Positions 25,580 through 35,779 of a DNA stretch of 64,000 bases are shown here, one piece after another. The translations under genes and the position numbers were made by a program. The number at the start of each line of letters is the position of its first letter. The stretch's first letter is position 1. Source of the DNA: an uncultured Bacteroidales bacterium (lineage in GTDB: Bacteria > Bacteroidota > Bacteroidia > Bacteroidales > VadinHA17); the NCBI GenBank assembly GCA_963791065.1, contig CAWBQN010000006.1, positions 36,319 through 100,318 of the forward strand. Reading direction: 5' to 3'. The notes below the pieces were generated by a model. The model had not been told where the DNA came from, made no database searches, and saw nothing but the letters and a program-made list of their open reading frames with translations.

Positions 25580-27259
25580 TTACCGGACCACTATGGCTCC
25601 TGCAGTTCCCTTCAGAATTGAGTTATATTCTGTCTTGTCATTCAATATCTCGCGGGCTTTTAAAATCTGTTCATCTTTTGGTATGGTCCAGGCAATTGCG
25701 CCATTATCATAGAAATATCGACTAACGATCTCATCTTCAATCAAATCTGTTATTTCTTTCCTGAACATCTTAAGATCCTGATCGAGGTTATGGGTTACAT
25801 CTTTCTCCAGATCAATAAACAAATCCTTATGAACATCATAGTATTTTTCTTTTTTAGCGTTAGCTATGAGTTCATTAAGTGACTCTTCGGTATTTGTCTT
25901 ATAGCTGAAGTTCCTTTTCACAAGAAATGCATTAAAATCGTCATAATCCTTGTCGGTAAACTTGAACTGATCGGGTGATTTAATGTCGGGATGAGCCCAG
26001 TAATATTGAGTGGCAAAATCGAAAATGTAATTCCGAAGGAAAAGTTCCGAAGAGATCTGGCTCAGCGGCTCCGGTAAAATCTCGATATCGGGGGTTATTC
26101 CTCCACCGTCCTTTACGATCCTGCCGTTTTTAGTTTTGAATTCTGAAATCAGGGAATCGGGAATAATCCCAACGCTCCCGTCTTCATTCGGGTGAGAGAA
26201 ATCACGTGCCTGAATACATCTGCCGCTTGGGATATAGTATTTAGCTGTTGTGACCTTTAGTTGAGTGTTATAACTTAAGGGTCGTGTAATTTGGACCAGA
26301 CCTTTTCCGTACGATCTCTGCCCGATAATTACTCCTCTGTCAAGGTCCTGCATTGAACCTGCAACGATCTCAGATGCCGATGCTGAGCCTCTGTTTATTA
26401 TTATTGCCACAGGAATTTTGTCATCCACAGGCTGTTTTGTCGTTTTAAAATCTTCATCAAACTGTTTGACCTTGCCTTTGGTCGATACTACTTCGCTGCC
26501 CTGATCGACAAAAAGATTTACGATCTCGACGGCTTCGGTAAGTAAGCCGCCCGGATTCCCGCGCAGGTCGAGGATGATCTGCTGGGCATTTTCGGTTTTT
26601 AATGAAGTCAAAGCAGTCCTGACATCCTCATTGCAATTTTGGGTGAAGCTTGTTAAGCGGATATATCCTGTTTTCGAATCGATCATACCGTAATAGGGAA
26701 CCGGTGGCATAACTATCTTTTCCCTTTTAAGCGGATAAACCGTATCCTTCCCATTTCTTTCAATTGTTACATTTATATCTGTACCCGGATTTCCTTTAAG
26801 CTTCTCGCTTACAATTTCAGTTGTCAATCCCTTTAGAGAAGTTCCATCGACCTTCTTTAAAATATCACCCGGCTTTATCCCTGCCTTATCTGCAGGAAAT
26901 CCCTTGTATACTTCAGATATGACAACATAATCACCATTGCTTCTGACCATTGATCCGATTCCGCCATATTTACCTGTGGTCATAATAGCGAATTCATCAG
27001 CTTCAGTTTCAGGAAAGTAGACAGTATACGGATCAAGTGTTTTAAGCATATTATCGATCCCTGCTTTAATAAGTTTATCGGGATCAATCTCATCTACATA
27101 GAAAGTGTTAAGCTCCCTGAAAAGTGAGAAAAATATATCAAGGTTTTTAGCGATTCTGAAATCCCTTGTCTCCTGGTTGACCAGGAATCCTGTGCTGATC
27201 CCGATGATCAGCAGTAAAGAAAAAACAATTATTATTCTGGTTGAACCTGGCTTTTTCAT
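25580..27259 (-). CDS. S41-family C-terminal processing peptidase
   Basis: N-terminal anchor, PDZ (GIKPGDILKKVDG), catalytic-Ser block RGSASASEI and a downstream YGKG Lys. Confidence 0.9.
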   Translation of the reverse strand: MKKPGSTRIIIVFSLLLIIGISTGFLVNQETRDFRIAKNLDIFFSLFRELNTFYVDEIDPDKLIKAGIDNMLKTLDPYTVYFPETEADEFAIMTTGKYGGIGSMVRSNGDYVVISEVYKGFPADKAGIKPGDILKKVDGTSLKGLTTEIVSEKLKGNPGTDINVTIERNGKDTVYPLKREKIVMPPVPYYGMIDSKTGYIRLTSFTQNCNEDVRTALTSLKTENAQQIILDLRGNPGGLLTEAVEIVNLFVDQGSEVVSTKGKVKQFDEDFKTTKQPVDDKIPVAIIINRGSASASEIVAGSMQDLDRGVIIGQRSYGKGLVQITRPLSYNTQLKVTTAKYYIPSGRCIQARDFSHPNEDGSVGIIPDSLISEFKTKNGRIVKDGGGITPDIEILPEPLSQISSELFLRNYIFDFATQYYWAHPDIKSPDQFKFTDKDYDDFNAFLVKRNFSYKTNTEESLNELIANAKKEKYYDVHKDLFIDLEKDVTHNLDQDLKMFRKEITDLIEDEIVSRYFYDNGAIAWTIPKDEQILKAREILNDKTEYNSILKGTAGAIVVR

Positions 27260-27338
27260 AAAAACATGTTGCTAAATTTTAGAACGCCGAAATTAATAAG
27301 AAAAAACGGGAAGCAATTTGATAAAGAAACAATTAAGT

Positions 27339-27346
27339 CAAATTTA
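27339..27346 (-). promoter_or_regulatory. candidate -7 promoter box for the S41 peptidase gene
   Basis: + strand caaattta, which is TAAATTTG on the - strand, 80 nt upstream of the start at 27259. Confidence 0.25.
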
Positions 27347-27356
27347 ACATAATTAG

Positions 27357-27400
27357 AGTCAGAAGACCGAAGTCAGAAGACCGAAGTAAGGAGTAAGAAG
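27357..27400. repeat. tandem 14-mer AGTCAGAAGACCGA x2 plus a degenerate third unit
   Basis: Identical copies at 27357-27370 and 27371-27384, followed by agtaaggagtaagaag. Confidence 0.9.
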
Positions 27401-27412
27401 TTATATGTAATA

Positions 27413-27826
27413 TTAATCTTCAGGCTTCCGACTTGTCAGAATTATCAATTTGTTTATCATTTCTCTGACTGATTTCTCAACATGTGGGTAATCAGGGACA
27501 GAGTTCCCTTTCACGATAACAATAAAAACAATCTGAATGTTCTGTGATGCCAGATGATCATAAAGATATTTTTTGTTCTTGCGGTACGCTTCTCGCAGCC
27601 TTCTTTTTATCAGGTTCCTTGTGACAGCAAGTCTGAACCCTTTTTTTGATGCACTGAAAGCTACCTGCGCAGGACCCGGGATTGAATTCCCCGCTTTGCT
27701 CCAGACTACTTTAAGAAGCGAATTGTGGAAGATGCTTCCGTTTTCAAACAGCGTTTCTATGGTTTTTCTGCTGCACAGCCTTTCGGACTTATCAAACGTC
27801 TCCCTGACAGTATTCATAAAAAACAA
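27413..27826 (-). CDS. rnpA: ribonuclease P protein component
   Basis: Basic 13x-aa protein with an FDKSERLCSRK...RNLIKRRLREAYR RNR-like motif. The start could be ATG 27817. Confidence 0.85.
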   Translation of the reverse strand: MFFMNTVRETFDKSERLCSRKTIETLFENGSIFHNSLLKVVWSKAGNSIPGPAQVAFSASKKGFRLAVTRNLIKRRLREAYRKNKKYLYDHLASQNIQIVFIVIVKGNSVPDYPHVEKSVREMINKLIILTSRKPED

Positions 27827-27889
27827 CTTATCCTTTAAGCCTTACCAAGCGACTTTCAAGAGCTTCAGGGTAGGTCTGAATCGTGAAAA

Positions 27890-28642
27890 CTACCTCAAAT
27901 TTTTGTTATAATCTTTTAGAAAATCATCAAGCGCCATCGTCATCGAGGGAGCCTTTGAATTGGGAGCGTTTATGTCGAGCCTCAATCCTTCACTTTCAAC
28001 TGCACAGGCTGTAGTCGGTCCGAATGCTGCAATTTTAATATCACCCTGAACGAACCCGGGAAAATTTTCTTTTAATGATTTTATTCCTGAAGGACTGTAG
28101 AACACGAGGATATCGTAGTCAAAATCCTTTAAGTTGGAAAAATCAGTGCTTATTGTTTTGTAAAGCGTACCGATTGTATATTTGATGTTATTCTTACCAA
28201 GCGACTCGGGTATTTCTGCATTATGCGGCTCAGAGAGAGGGACAAAAAAATTATCTTCCCTGTGTTTGATAATCACATCAATCAGATCCTGAAACTTAGC
28301 TTTCCCGTGAAATATTTTTCGTTTCCTGTAAACTATGTATTTCTGAAGATAAAATGCCACATTTTCAGTAATGCAAAAGTACTTCATCGTGTCAGGTACT
28401 ACCGTGCGCAGCTCATTGCATATCCTGAAAAAGTGATCTATACCGGTTTTGCTTGTAAAGATCACTGCTGTAAAGTCAAGAATATTGATTTTTTGCTGAC
28501 GGAAATCTTTTGAGGAAACGCCCTCAACCTGATTAAACGGCTTAAAATCAACTTTCAGATTATATTTTCTTGCCAGTTCGAAATATGGAGATTTCGGATT
28601 CAGAGGTTCTGGCTGCGATACTAAAATCTTCTTTATTTTCAA
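27890..28642 (-). CDS. hemD: uroporphyrinogen-III synthase
   Basis: HemD-like sequence. Start placed at TTG 28642, giving MKIKKILVSQPEP. The longer ORF overlaps the upstream gene by 61 nt and is probably an artefact. Confidence 0.75.
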   Translation of the reverse strand: MKIKKILVSQPEPLNPKSPYFELARKYNLKVDFKPFNQVEGVSSKDFRQQKINILDFTAVIFTSKTGIDHFFRICNELRTVVPDTMKYFCITENVAFYLQKYIVYRKRKIFHGKAKFQDLIDVIIKHREDNFFVPLSEPHNAEIPESLGKNNIKYTIGTLYKTISTDFSNLKDFDYDILVFYSPSGIKSLKENFPGFVQGDIKIAAFGPTTACAVESEGLRLDINAPNSKAPSMTMALDDFLKDYNKNLR

Positions 28643-28686
28643 CTCTTTACGGTTTAAGTTCAACTTCCAAAGTAACCCAAGCCATT

Positions 28687-29733
28687 CTAAACAAGACCTG
28701 TAATATATTTTACCACTATCAAAACAGGCAGAATTTCCAGCGCACAAAGGTATAAAATCAAATAGAATATTGAAATATTCCTGTTTAGAAAAATTATCAG
28801 TAACCTGATAACCCTGAACAGATACATTAATCCAACAACGATAATACCAGTTAAAATAAGCCCCTGTACCGGCAGTATTCTGGTATATGTGATAAGAAGG
28901 AAAATCACAAAAAGAAATAATGCTCCGAATCTGTAAGCCTGGTATATCCCGAGCAGGTATTCCCTGAACGCCTCCTGCTCCCCGCTGGCTTCACCGGTTA
29001 TAAGGCATGCAATATGACGTAAAGTAACAGCAGAACTGATAACTCCCAGGGAAATTAACCAGACGATTAATCCTTTGAAACCTCCCGGAAGGATATCAAA
29101 GTATGAAGCAACGGAATAACCGAAAAGACCAATTATAATAAATGAAACCAGATTCAGAATTGTTGACTGCCAGTGAAAGAGCCCTCCAAGATCACGCGAA
29201 ACGGGATCATTTATTCCTCTGAACAAAAAAAACCTGCTAAAACTCTGCGACAGGCGGCCTGACATTTTCTTTACAAGTGAGAAAAGAAATACACACAAGA
29301 GGATTATCAGAATCATCCAGTCGGAGTGAAGGGGATTGACAGGGAGATCAGTGCCGGGCTTTAGCTGCTTAATCAGATGTGCCTTCGCCTCTATCTGCTG
29401 CTGTCTGACTTTTTCAGTGAAAACAAATGGGAACTGCTTGTAGGAGCCATATCCGATTCTTAAAATAAAATTATTAAAATCGTAAAAGGTAACATCAGCT
29501 ATGCTGTTGCGTGTACAAACTGAAGTAGTATCATTGTCAACAGGTACGATTTTCTGTATTACTGAAATGGATTTTTGACTTACTGATTCTTTAGCCTTAC
29601 TAAATTTTTCACCTGATGTTGAATCAGTTTGAACCCGCACAGAATCATTATTGACAATGGTTTTATGCGGAACAGTATCCTGTTGAATATAAGAATAGGA
29701 AATTAACATCACTTTGGCTGATTCACGACACAA
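28687..29733 (-). CDS. DUF4271-like polytopic membrane protein
   Basis: Soluble N-terminal third followed by about six TM helices. The position immediately upstream of hemD matches the Bacteroidota DUF4271-hemD pairing as I remember it. Confidence 0.6.
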   Translation of the reverse strand: MCRESAKVMLISYSYIQQDTVPHKTIVNNDSVRVQTDSTSGEKFSKAKESVSQKSISVIQKIVPVDNDTTSVCTRNSIADVTFYDFNNFILRIGYGSYKQFPFVFTEKVRQQQIEAKAHLIKQLKPGTDLPVNPLHSDWMILIILLCVFLFSLVKKMSGRLSQSFSRFFLFRGINDPVSRDLGGLFHWQSTILNLVSFIIIGLFGYSVASYFDILPGGFKGLIVWLISLGVISSAVTLRHIACLITGEASGEQEAFREYLLGIYQAYRFGALFLFVIFLLITYTRILPVQGLILTGIIVVGLMYLFRVIRLLIIFLNRNISIFYLILYLCALEILPVLIVVKYITGLV

Positions 29734-29781
29734 AAGTAATGATAATTATAAATGATAATTCAAAAATCCTGTATGAGCTCT

Positions 29782-30654
29782 TTAAAAATGCGTACTCGGG
29801 CAACCTGAGATTTCTGAAAGAATATTGTTCGCAAGCTTGCTTGCCCCGATCCTGAACATAGTATTATTCAGCCATCCTTCCCCCAGACAATGCCTTACAA
29901 CCTGATAATAAATTATAGCATCGGCAGGTGCAGCAATTCCGCCGGCAGCTTTAAAACCAACCTTGATGCCTGTCTCTGAATAGAATACTGAAATTGCCCT
30001 GCACATTATATAAGCCGCTTCAGGAGTTGCTGATACAGGTGTTTTCCCGGTAGATGTTTTAATAAAATCAGCTCCGGCATCCATTGCAATCATTGAAGCA
30101 GAAAAAATATGTTCAAAATCGCCCAGGAGTCCTGATTCAATAATAACCTTTAGTTGTCTATTTCCTATTGCACCCTTGATTTCCCTGATTTCGTCAGCAA
30201 CAGCTGCAAAATCATTCCCCAGAAATGAACCGACCGGAATGACTATATCTATCTCATCAGCTCCGGCTTCGACTGCCATTTTGCATTCGGCGACCTTAAT
30301 GCTTCTGAATGTTTGTGAGGTAGGGAAGGCACCTGCTACAGCCGCGATCTTAACGTTCCTGGCTGTCAGTTTATCTTTTACAACAGCAGTAAAATTGGGA
30401 AATACACAAATGGCTGCAACATTGGGGATATTTGAAAAACGGCCGGAAAAACTATTTACATTACCTGTAAACCTGATGATATGACTTCTATTATCTGTAG
30501 TATTCAGGCATGTCAGATCGATCAAGTTCAGCAGACTCATCATGAGATGCTTATCGTGAACATTCTCTATATCGGAGTATATTTTTTTTAGTCCCTTCTT
30601 GATTTCGTTTTCAGATGGACATGTGTTGATCAGTTTTTGATATAGTTTTGTCAT
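29782..30654 (-). CDS. deoC: deoxyribose-phosphate aldolase
   Basis: Class I aldolase with the Schiff-base Lys block FIKTSTGK. 290 aa. Confidence 0.85.
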   Translation of the reverse strand: MTKLYQKLINTCPSENEIKKGLKKIYSDIENVHDKHLMMSLLNLIDLTCLNTTDNRSHIIRFTGNVNSFSGRFSNIPNVAAICVFPNFTAVVKDKLTARNVKIAAVAGAFPTSQTFRSIKVAECKMAVEAGADEIDIVIPVGSFLGNDFAAVADEIREIKGAIGNRQLKVIIESGLLGDFEHIFSASMIAMDAGADFIKTSTGKTPVSATPEAAYIMCRAISVFYSETGIKVGFKAAGGIAAPADAIIYYQVVRHCLGEGWLNNTMFRIGASKLANNILSEISGCPSTHF

Positions 30655-30689
30655 GTAATCAGTTGTTTGTTAAATTAAATTACATCGCT

Positions 30690-31169
30690 ATGAAAAAAAT
30701 GAACGGGGTTAATATAATGCTTTTTGCATTCATATTGATTTTAATTGGAATATTAAGTTGTTCAAAACGGTCTAAAAATCTGCCTGAAGGTATTTTGTTA
30801 CAGACTGACCGGGATTTTTCAGCCATGTCAGTAAAGGAAGGGATGCATAAAGCATTCCTTAATTACATTGCTGATGACGGAGTTATCCTTCGAAACAATT
30901 CTTATCCGGCGAAAGGCAAAAAAAGTCTGGAGGACCGATTTTCAGGGAAAAGTGATACTGCATTCAACCTTAGCTGGGAACCGTTGTTTGAAAAAATATC
31001 TGCCAGCGGAGATCTCGGATATACCTATGGTATACACTCAAACATCAACAAATCAACAGGGGAGGTCACTAAGGGCACCTACGTTACCATATGGCAGAAG
31101 CAGGCTGATGGAACGTGGAAATTTGTTCTTGATACAGGCACACAGGGTCTGGCAGAGGGTTCTGAATAA
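30690..31169 (+). CDS. DUF4440/SnoaL-like lipoprotein
   Basis: Signal peptide plus lipobox (GILSC). NTF2-like C-terminal pattern YVTIWQKQADGTWKFVLD. Start moved to ATG 30690. Confidence 0.6.
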   Translation: MKKMNGVNIMLFAFILILIGILSCSKRSKNLPEGILLQTDRDFSAMSVKEGMHKAFLNYIADDGVILRNNSYPAKGKKSLEDRFSGKSDTAFNLSWEPLFEKISASGDLGYTYGIHSNINKSTGEVTKGTYVTIWQKQADGTWKFVLDTGTQGLAEGSE

Positions 31170-31190
31170 TACCCTCTTTCAGGATCTCAT

Positions 31191-32606
31191 TTAATTTTGA
31201 GAGGCGCCCTTATGTACTGAGTCAGGCGAACCATGCCGGGCAAGGGAAGCAAAAATTCCAAGTACGGATAAAGCTGAAAAGATTACGAATCCCGTCCTCA
31301 TGGCAGATATAAGTCCGGGGTAGGTTGAAGGATTGATCGTTTGTTTTCCGATGAAGAGTGATATGAGCATCATGGCAATGCCCATGCTCATCATCTGCCC
31401 TATGATCCTCATTGTCCCGACAACGCCGGATGCGACTCCCAGGTACCGTTTTTCAACTGAACTCATTATTGCATTGGAGTTAGGTGACGAAAAGAGCCCA
31501 AATCCGATCCCCATTAACAGGAGCAGCAGTACCACAATATAATCGGGCGTCGTCTGCCTGATAAAGCAAAGCAATATCAATCCGGAGGCAGTAATTCCCA
31601 TGCCGAACGATGCTATGACGCCCGGATTTCTTTTATCGGATAATCTTCCTGCAACCGGTGATAAAAGCATCATTGCAACAGGTTGTGAGATCATTATCAG
31701 ACCGGCAGTTCTGGCATCAAGTCCTTTGAGATATTGCAGATAAAGACTTATAAAAAAGCCAATTGCACTGGTAGCAGAATAATTGATAAGAGCCGCGATG
31801 CCTGAAAATGCAAAAACCCTGTTTTTCATGATTAGACGGATATCAAATACAGGATTGGTGATTTTGTTCTCAATGAACAGAAACAGAGCTGCCATCACAA
31901 CGGCGATCACAATGCAGATCCAGCCAAAGGAAGATGGAAGCTGAGAAAATCCGTACATAAACGATGCCAGAGCAATTCCATAGACCAGAGATCCGCGCCA
32001 GTCAAACTCCTCTCCTTTGGCTTCAGCCCATTCAGTTTTTATTTTCCTGTTAATAAGAATGAGCGATACTACACCAAACGGGACAAGAAACGCAAAAATA
32101 CTTCTCCAGCCAAGATATTGAGTCAGCAAACCTCCGATAACCGGTCCGCAGGAAAGCCCTAGATATGTTGCAGTAATATTGATGCCAATTGCCCTTCCTC
32201 TTTCTCCCGGCTGAAATACCGAGGTGATGATTGCCATGCTTGTGCCAAAGATCATAGCGCCTGAAATACCCTGTAAGATCCTTAAAACGATCAATGAAGA
32301 CAGGCTGTGTGAAAAGACTATCAATAAAGTTGTCAGTGTAAAGAGCAGGATACCAAAAGTGAAGATTTTTTTTCTTCCTATAATATCCCCAAGACGCCCG
32401 AATGGTAGAAGAAAGATGGCCGATGACAAAAGGAAACTGCTTATTACCCAGCCGAGTCCGATAGCGCTTGCATGAAGGTCCCTTCCTATAGCAGGTAAAG
32501 CGAGATTGACAGCAGATGCAAGAAAAGGTGTCAGAAAAGCAGCGAAGGTTGTAACAAGCAGCAGTGACTTTTTAAATGACTTATCCTCAGTCTGGCCGGA
32601 ATTCAT
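31191..32606 (-). CDS. MFS transporter, DHA2 (14-TMS) drug:H+ antiporter type
   Basis: 471 aa, about 14 TM helices, motif A-like GRLGDIIGRKK. Confidence 0.85.
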   Translation of the reverse strand: MNSGQTEDKSFKKSLLLVTTFAAFLTPFLASAVNLALPAIGRDLHASAIGLGWVISSFLLSSAIFLLPFGRLGDIIGRKKIFTFGILLFTLTTLLIVFSHSLSSLIVLRILQGISGAMIFGTSMAIITSVFQPGERGRAIGINITATYLGLSCGPVIGGLLTQYLGWRSIFAFLVPFGVVSLILINRKIKTEWAEAKGEEFDWRGSLVYGIALASFMYGFSQLPSSFGWICIVIAVVMAALFLFIENKITNPVFDIRLIMKNRVFAFSGIAALINYSATSAIGFFISLYLQYLKGLDARTAGLIMISQPVAMMLLSPVAGRLSDKRNPGVIASFGMGITASGLILLCFIRQTTPDYIVVLLLLLMGIGFGLFSSPNSNAIMSSVEKRYLGVASGVVGTMRIIGQMMSMGIAMMLISLFIGKQTINPSTYPGLISAMRTGFVIFSALSVLGIFASLARHGSPDSVHKGASQN

Positions 32607-32653
32607 AATTTTATTAAGTAAGATTTTTCATATCGGCGTTTACATAAAGGGAA

Positions 32654-32681
32654 CACAAAGGTTGTACAAAAGTTCACAAGG
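32654..32681. repeat. phased CTTTGTG-type array in - strand orientation (3 copies)
   Basis: cacaaag 32654, acaaaag 32666, cacaagg 32675 on the + strand. Confidence 0.65.
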
Positions 32682-32710
32682 AAAGACACCGGAAAGCAAG
32701 ACTAAATGAC

Positions 32711-33163
32711 TCATTCCTTATCCTTTGTGTCGATAATTATTGTAACCGGACCGTCGTTAACTAATTCAACCTGCATCATAGCGCCAAATTCACCGGTGAG
32801 GATCTTCTTTCCCAGAAGATAGGAGAGCCTGAACACAAATTTGTCATATAGAGGATTTGCAATTTCAGGTTGGGCGGCGCGGATGTAAGACGGCCTGTTC
32901 CCTTTTTTGGTTTTTGCATGAAGTGTGAACTGGCTTATTGCAAGTATATCTCCGCCTGTATCGAGGACCGACAGATTCATAACACCCTTGTCGTCGTCAA
33001 AAATCCGCAAATTGACTATTTTACCACAGAGCCAATCTATATCAGTATCATCATCGATCACTTCAATTCCTACCAGTACAAGTAATCCGGCGCCAATTTC
33101 AGATCTGACTTCATCACTGATTGTTACTGAAGCTTTTATAACACGTTGAATTACGGCTCTCAT
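32711..33163 (-). CDS. dtd: D-aminoacyl-tRNA deacylase
   Basis: MRAVIQRV... start and SQFTL / NDGPVT blocks. Start placed at ATG 33163. Confidence 0.92.
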   Translation of the reverse strand: MRAVIQRVIKASVTISDEVRSEIGAGLLVLVGIEVIDDDTDIDWLCGKIVNLRIFDDDKGVMNLSVLDTGGDILAISQFTLHAKTKKGNRPSYIRAAQPEIANPLYDKFVFRLSYLLGKKILTGEFGAMMQVELVNDGPVTIIIDTKDKE

Positions 33164-33231
33164 CCCCGACATAATTATAGTGATCAAATATATACAATCA
33201 ATTTCAGAATCGTTTGGGTGATGATTTATAT

Positions 33232-33239
33232 TATATTTG
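33232..33239 (+). promoter_or_regulatory. candidate -7 promoter box (TATATTTG) for mntP
   Basis: Matches TAnnTTTG, 18 nt upstream of ATG 33258. Confidence 0.4.
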
Positions 33240-33257
33240 CCATCTTATGATTCCTTC

Positions 33258-33821
33258 ATGGACTACTTTACTATTCTGGCTATCGCTCTCGGTTTATCAT
33301 TCGACACCTTTGCAGTTTCGCTCTCATATGGTGTTATACAGAGTCGTATGCTCTTCAGGCAGGCGTCGTGGATTGCAATTGTCCTTGCTGTTTTTCAGGG
33401 AGGACTAACAATTGCAGGTTACTTCCTTGGTTCCATAATCTCAGATTCTCTGAAAGCGACTGATCATTGGATTGCTTTGGGATTGCTTTCTTTCCTTGGA
33501 ATCAAAATGATAGTAGAAGGCATGAAGAAATCAAAAGACCAGGGAACAAAAGATTACAGCAGTAACATAGTTCTGTTTACAATAGCGGTCGGGACCAGTA
33601 TAGATGCTTTTGCTGTGGGAATAAGCTTTGCCCTTCTTGACGTAAAAATATGGGAGGCAGGCACACTTATCGGCGCAGTTACATTCCTTGCTTCTATGGC
33701 TGCAATACGGATAGGAAAATCAGCAGGGGTAAGACTCGGGAATAAGGTCGAGATAATCGGAGGTCTGCTCCTGATTGCAATAGGGCTAAAGATCTTTCTG
33801 GAACATATGCTGGCAACCTGA
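33258..33821 (+). CDS. mntP: manganese efflux pump MntP
   Basis: Two repeated halves, each with an SxDxFAVG(I/L)S block (SFDTFAVSLS and SIDAFAVGIS). The listed ORF start at 33237 is a TTG, so ATG 33258 is preferred. Confidence 0.88.
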   Translation: MDYFTILAIALGLSFDTFAVSLSYGVIQSRMLFRQASWIAIVLAVFQGGLTIAGYFLGSIISDSLKATDHWIALGLLSFLGIKMIVEGMKKSKDQGTKDYSSNIVLFTIAVGTSIDAFAVGISFALLDVKIWEAGTLIGAVTFLASMAAIRIGKSAGVRLGNKVEIIGGLLLIAIGLKIFLEHMLAT

Positions 33822-33850
33822 AACTGACCCTGATGCTGTGAGACGAGCCT

Positions 33851-35761
33851 TTATCGGACTACAGCCTGATCGTGTTTTTCAAGATCCCAGTATATAGAGT
33901 ATCTCCTGTTATAGATGCTGTAAAATGGTTTCATTTCAACATCACGGGGATTACCTGTATTTATGGTTTTGAAAGTATTGGGTTTTCCTTCAACAGGTTT
34001 CATCCACATCGAAGGATCCCTCTTAGATGTCATCATTACCGGAACGTACGCGGTATCTTTTATAGATGTATCTGCAACCGGGCCTAGATCTCCGGCGAGT
34101 ACAAGCGGACCGTACATCACTGCCACCCTGTTGCTGTCATCAGGCATCTGTTCGAGCCGGAGTGAAAATGGGATACTTACATCAACCTTATCACCGGTAT
34201 TCCATACTCTTTCAATCGGAACGTAGCTTCCGGGCTGATCTGCAACTCTTATGCTTTTGCTATTGACCCTGATCTCAATCTTATTCCTGGCCCAGGCAGG
34301 ATAGCGTACCATCAATGTAAAATTTACAGGTTTTTCGCACTTAAATTCAAAGTGTGAACCTTGCTCTTCCGGAAACGCTGTTATCTGCGAGACTATTGTT
34401 CCCTTTTCCTTCCAGGTAAGTTCTGAGGCTATATATTGGAACACAAATAATTCATTTTCATTATGATAAAAAATATTCTTACCATATTTCGAATGGTTTT
34501 CCATTCCTGAACCGACACAACAGGTGAAGGAGAATGGGTCCTGAAAATCCTTAAATCCTCCCATCGCAAGCGAAAGATTGTATGTCACATTTCCCGTTTC
34601 AGGATTCTGGGAAGAAAGGATGTGATTAAAGAGAGCTCTTTCATAGAAATCTGCAACCCGGGCAGAAGCTTCCCATTCAAACAAATGTTCCGAAAGCTTA
34701 AGCATATTGTAGACATTGCAGGTTTCAGTTGTCTCATCTCCCAGCCGGTTCCTGAGCTTATCTTCAGGACCAAAATATTCCTTGTTACCATTTCCTCCGG
34801 TAACATAAGAATGATGATTTACTACTGTTTCCCAGAAAAACCTTGCGGCATTCAAATCGGACGTGTCACCAGTGAGTTCATAGATCCTTGATAACGCAAT
34901 CAGTTTGGGGATGTTTGTGTTGCAGTGTTTTCCCGGAAGTATGTCTTTTCTCTCTTTCAGGGAATCGAGTATTGCTTTATGATAGAATATTTTTGAAATT
35001 CCAAGGTATTTTTCATCTTTTGTATCTGCGTAAAGATCTGCGAGTGTTTCACTTATTCCGCCATGTTCACAGCGCAGCATAGTCTGAACCTGTGCATCGT
35101 CGAGAGGAGAAACAATACCGTCGAGCCAATCAGCAAAACGCTTTTCAACATCAAGGGCAGCGGTGTTTCCGCAATACCGGTAAGCATCTCTTAAACCTGC
35201 CATTATTTTATGTTCTGTATAAAAGGGTGACCATATGCCATTAAGATCAAAACCCTTTGCCCGTATATCACCTTTTGCGACTTCTTCACTGAGAATCTTT
35301 TTCCCGTTTGGGAATGCGCCTAAATAACCGTTACCATCAGTATCCTGCAGGAATTTAAGCTCTCCGATGATATAATTTACCCTTTCGAGAAACCGCTTAT
35401 CACCAGTTGTCTGGTACATCATTGAGCAGGCGCTCAGGTAATGGCCGAGGCTGTGGCCGGCAAGTGTTTCGTTTTCCCAGCCCATGTAATGAGCGGCTTT
35501 GGGTTTAAGTCCTGCTTCTGTATAGAACCGGGAAAGAAGACGATCTGGTTCATAACTTAATAGCGTCGTGGCATCTAGTTCGGTAGCATGAAGAAATGGG
35601 CCGTTAAGGAGCTTAATGTCGGTGAGGCTGAATGGCAAAACACGGAATGAGACCACCTCCTGACCGGTTGTTCTTATGTGGCTCATTTCTTTAGGAGAAC
35701 AGCCTGAAATCAGTAATACGGGTAACAGATAAAAAAACAAATTACAGATAGGTTTTTTCAT
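33851..35761 (-). CDS. glycoside hydrolase family 127 (beta-L-arabinofuranosidase-like, DUF1680)
   Basis: Signal peptide/lipobox and a GH127-like Cys pair in FTCCVGSGMENH. 636 aa. Confidence 0.85.
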   Translation of the reverse strand: MKKPICNLFFYLLPVLLISGCSPKEMSHIRTTGQEVVSFRVLPFSLTDIKLLNGPFLHATELDATTLLSYEPDRLLSRFYTEAGLKPKAAHYMGWENETLAGHSLGHYLSACSMMYQTTGDKRFLERVNYIIGELKFLQDTDGNGYLGAFPNGKKILSEEVAKGDIRAKGFDLNGIWSPFYTEHKIMAGLRDAYRYCGNTAALDVEKRFADWLDGIVSPLDDAQVQTMLRCEHGGISETLADLYADTKDEKYLGISKIFYHKAILDSLKERKDILPGKHCNTNIPKLIALSRIYELTGDTSDLNAARFFWETVVNHHSYVTGGNGNKEYFGPEDKLRNRLGDETTETCNVYNMLKLSEHLFEWEASARVADFYERALFNHILSSQNPETGNVTYNLSLAMGGFKDFQDPFSFTCCVGSGMENHSKYGKNIFYHNENELFVFQYIASELTWKEKGTIVSQITAFPEEQGSHFEFKCEKPVNFTLMVRYPAWARNKIEIRVNSKSIRVADQPGSYVPIERVWNTGDKVDVSIPFSLRLEQMPDDSNRVAVMYGPLVLAGDLGPVADTSIKDTAYVPVMMTSKRDPSMWMKPVEGKPNTFKTINTGNPRDVEMKPFYSIYNRRYSIYWDLEKHDQAVVR

Positions 35762-35779
35762 GGTTTTTTGTTTTATCGC

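Noticed and set aside
28643-28747. Apparent 61-nt overlap between the hemD ORF and the upstream DUF4271 gene.
   Set aside because: It is an artefact of extending the ORF to the furthest start. A TTG at 28642 gives the conserved MKIKKILVSQPEP N-terminus and a 44-nt intergenic gap.
33188-33257. Expected Mn (yybP-ykoY) riboswitch upstream of mntP. Similarly preQ1 upstream of queD (21160-21393) and Moco upstream of moaD (24688-24882).
   Set aside because: The mntP leader is only about 18 nt after the candidate -7 box. I could not recognise the conserved cores of these riboswitch classes by eye in any of the three leaders. A covariance-model scan would be needed to be certain.
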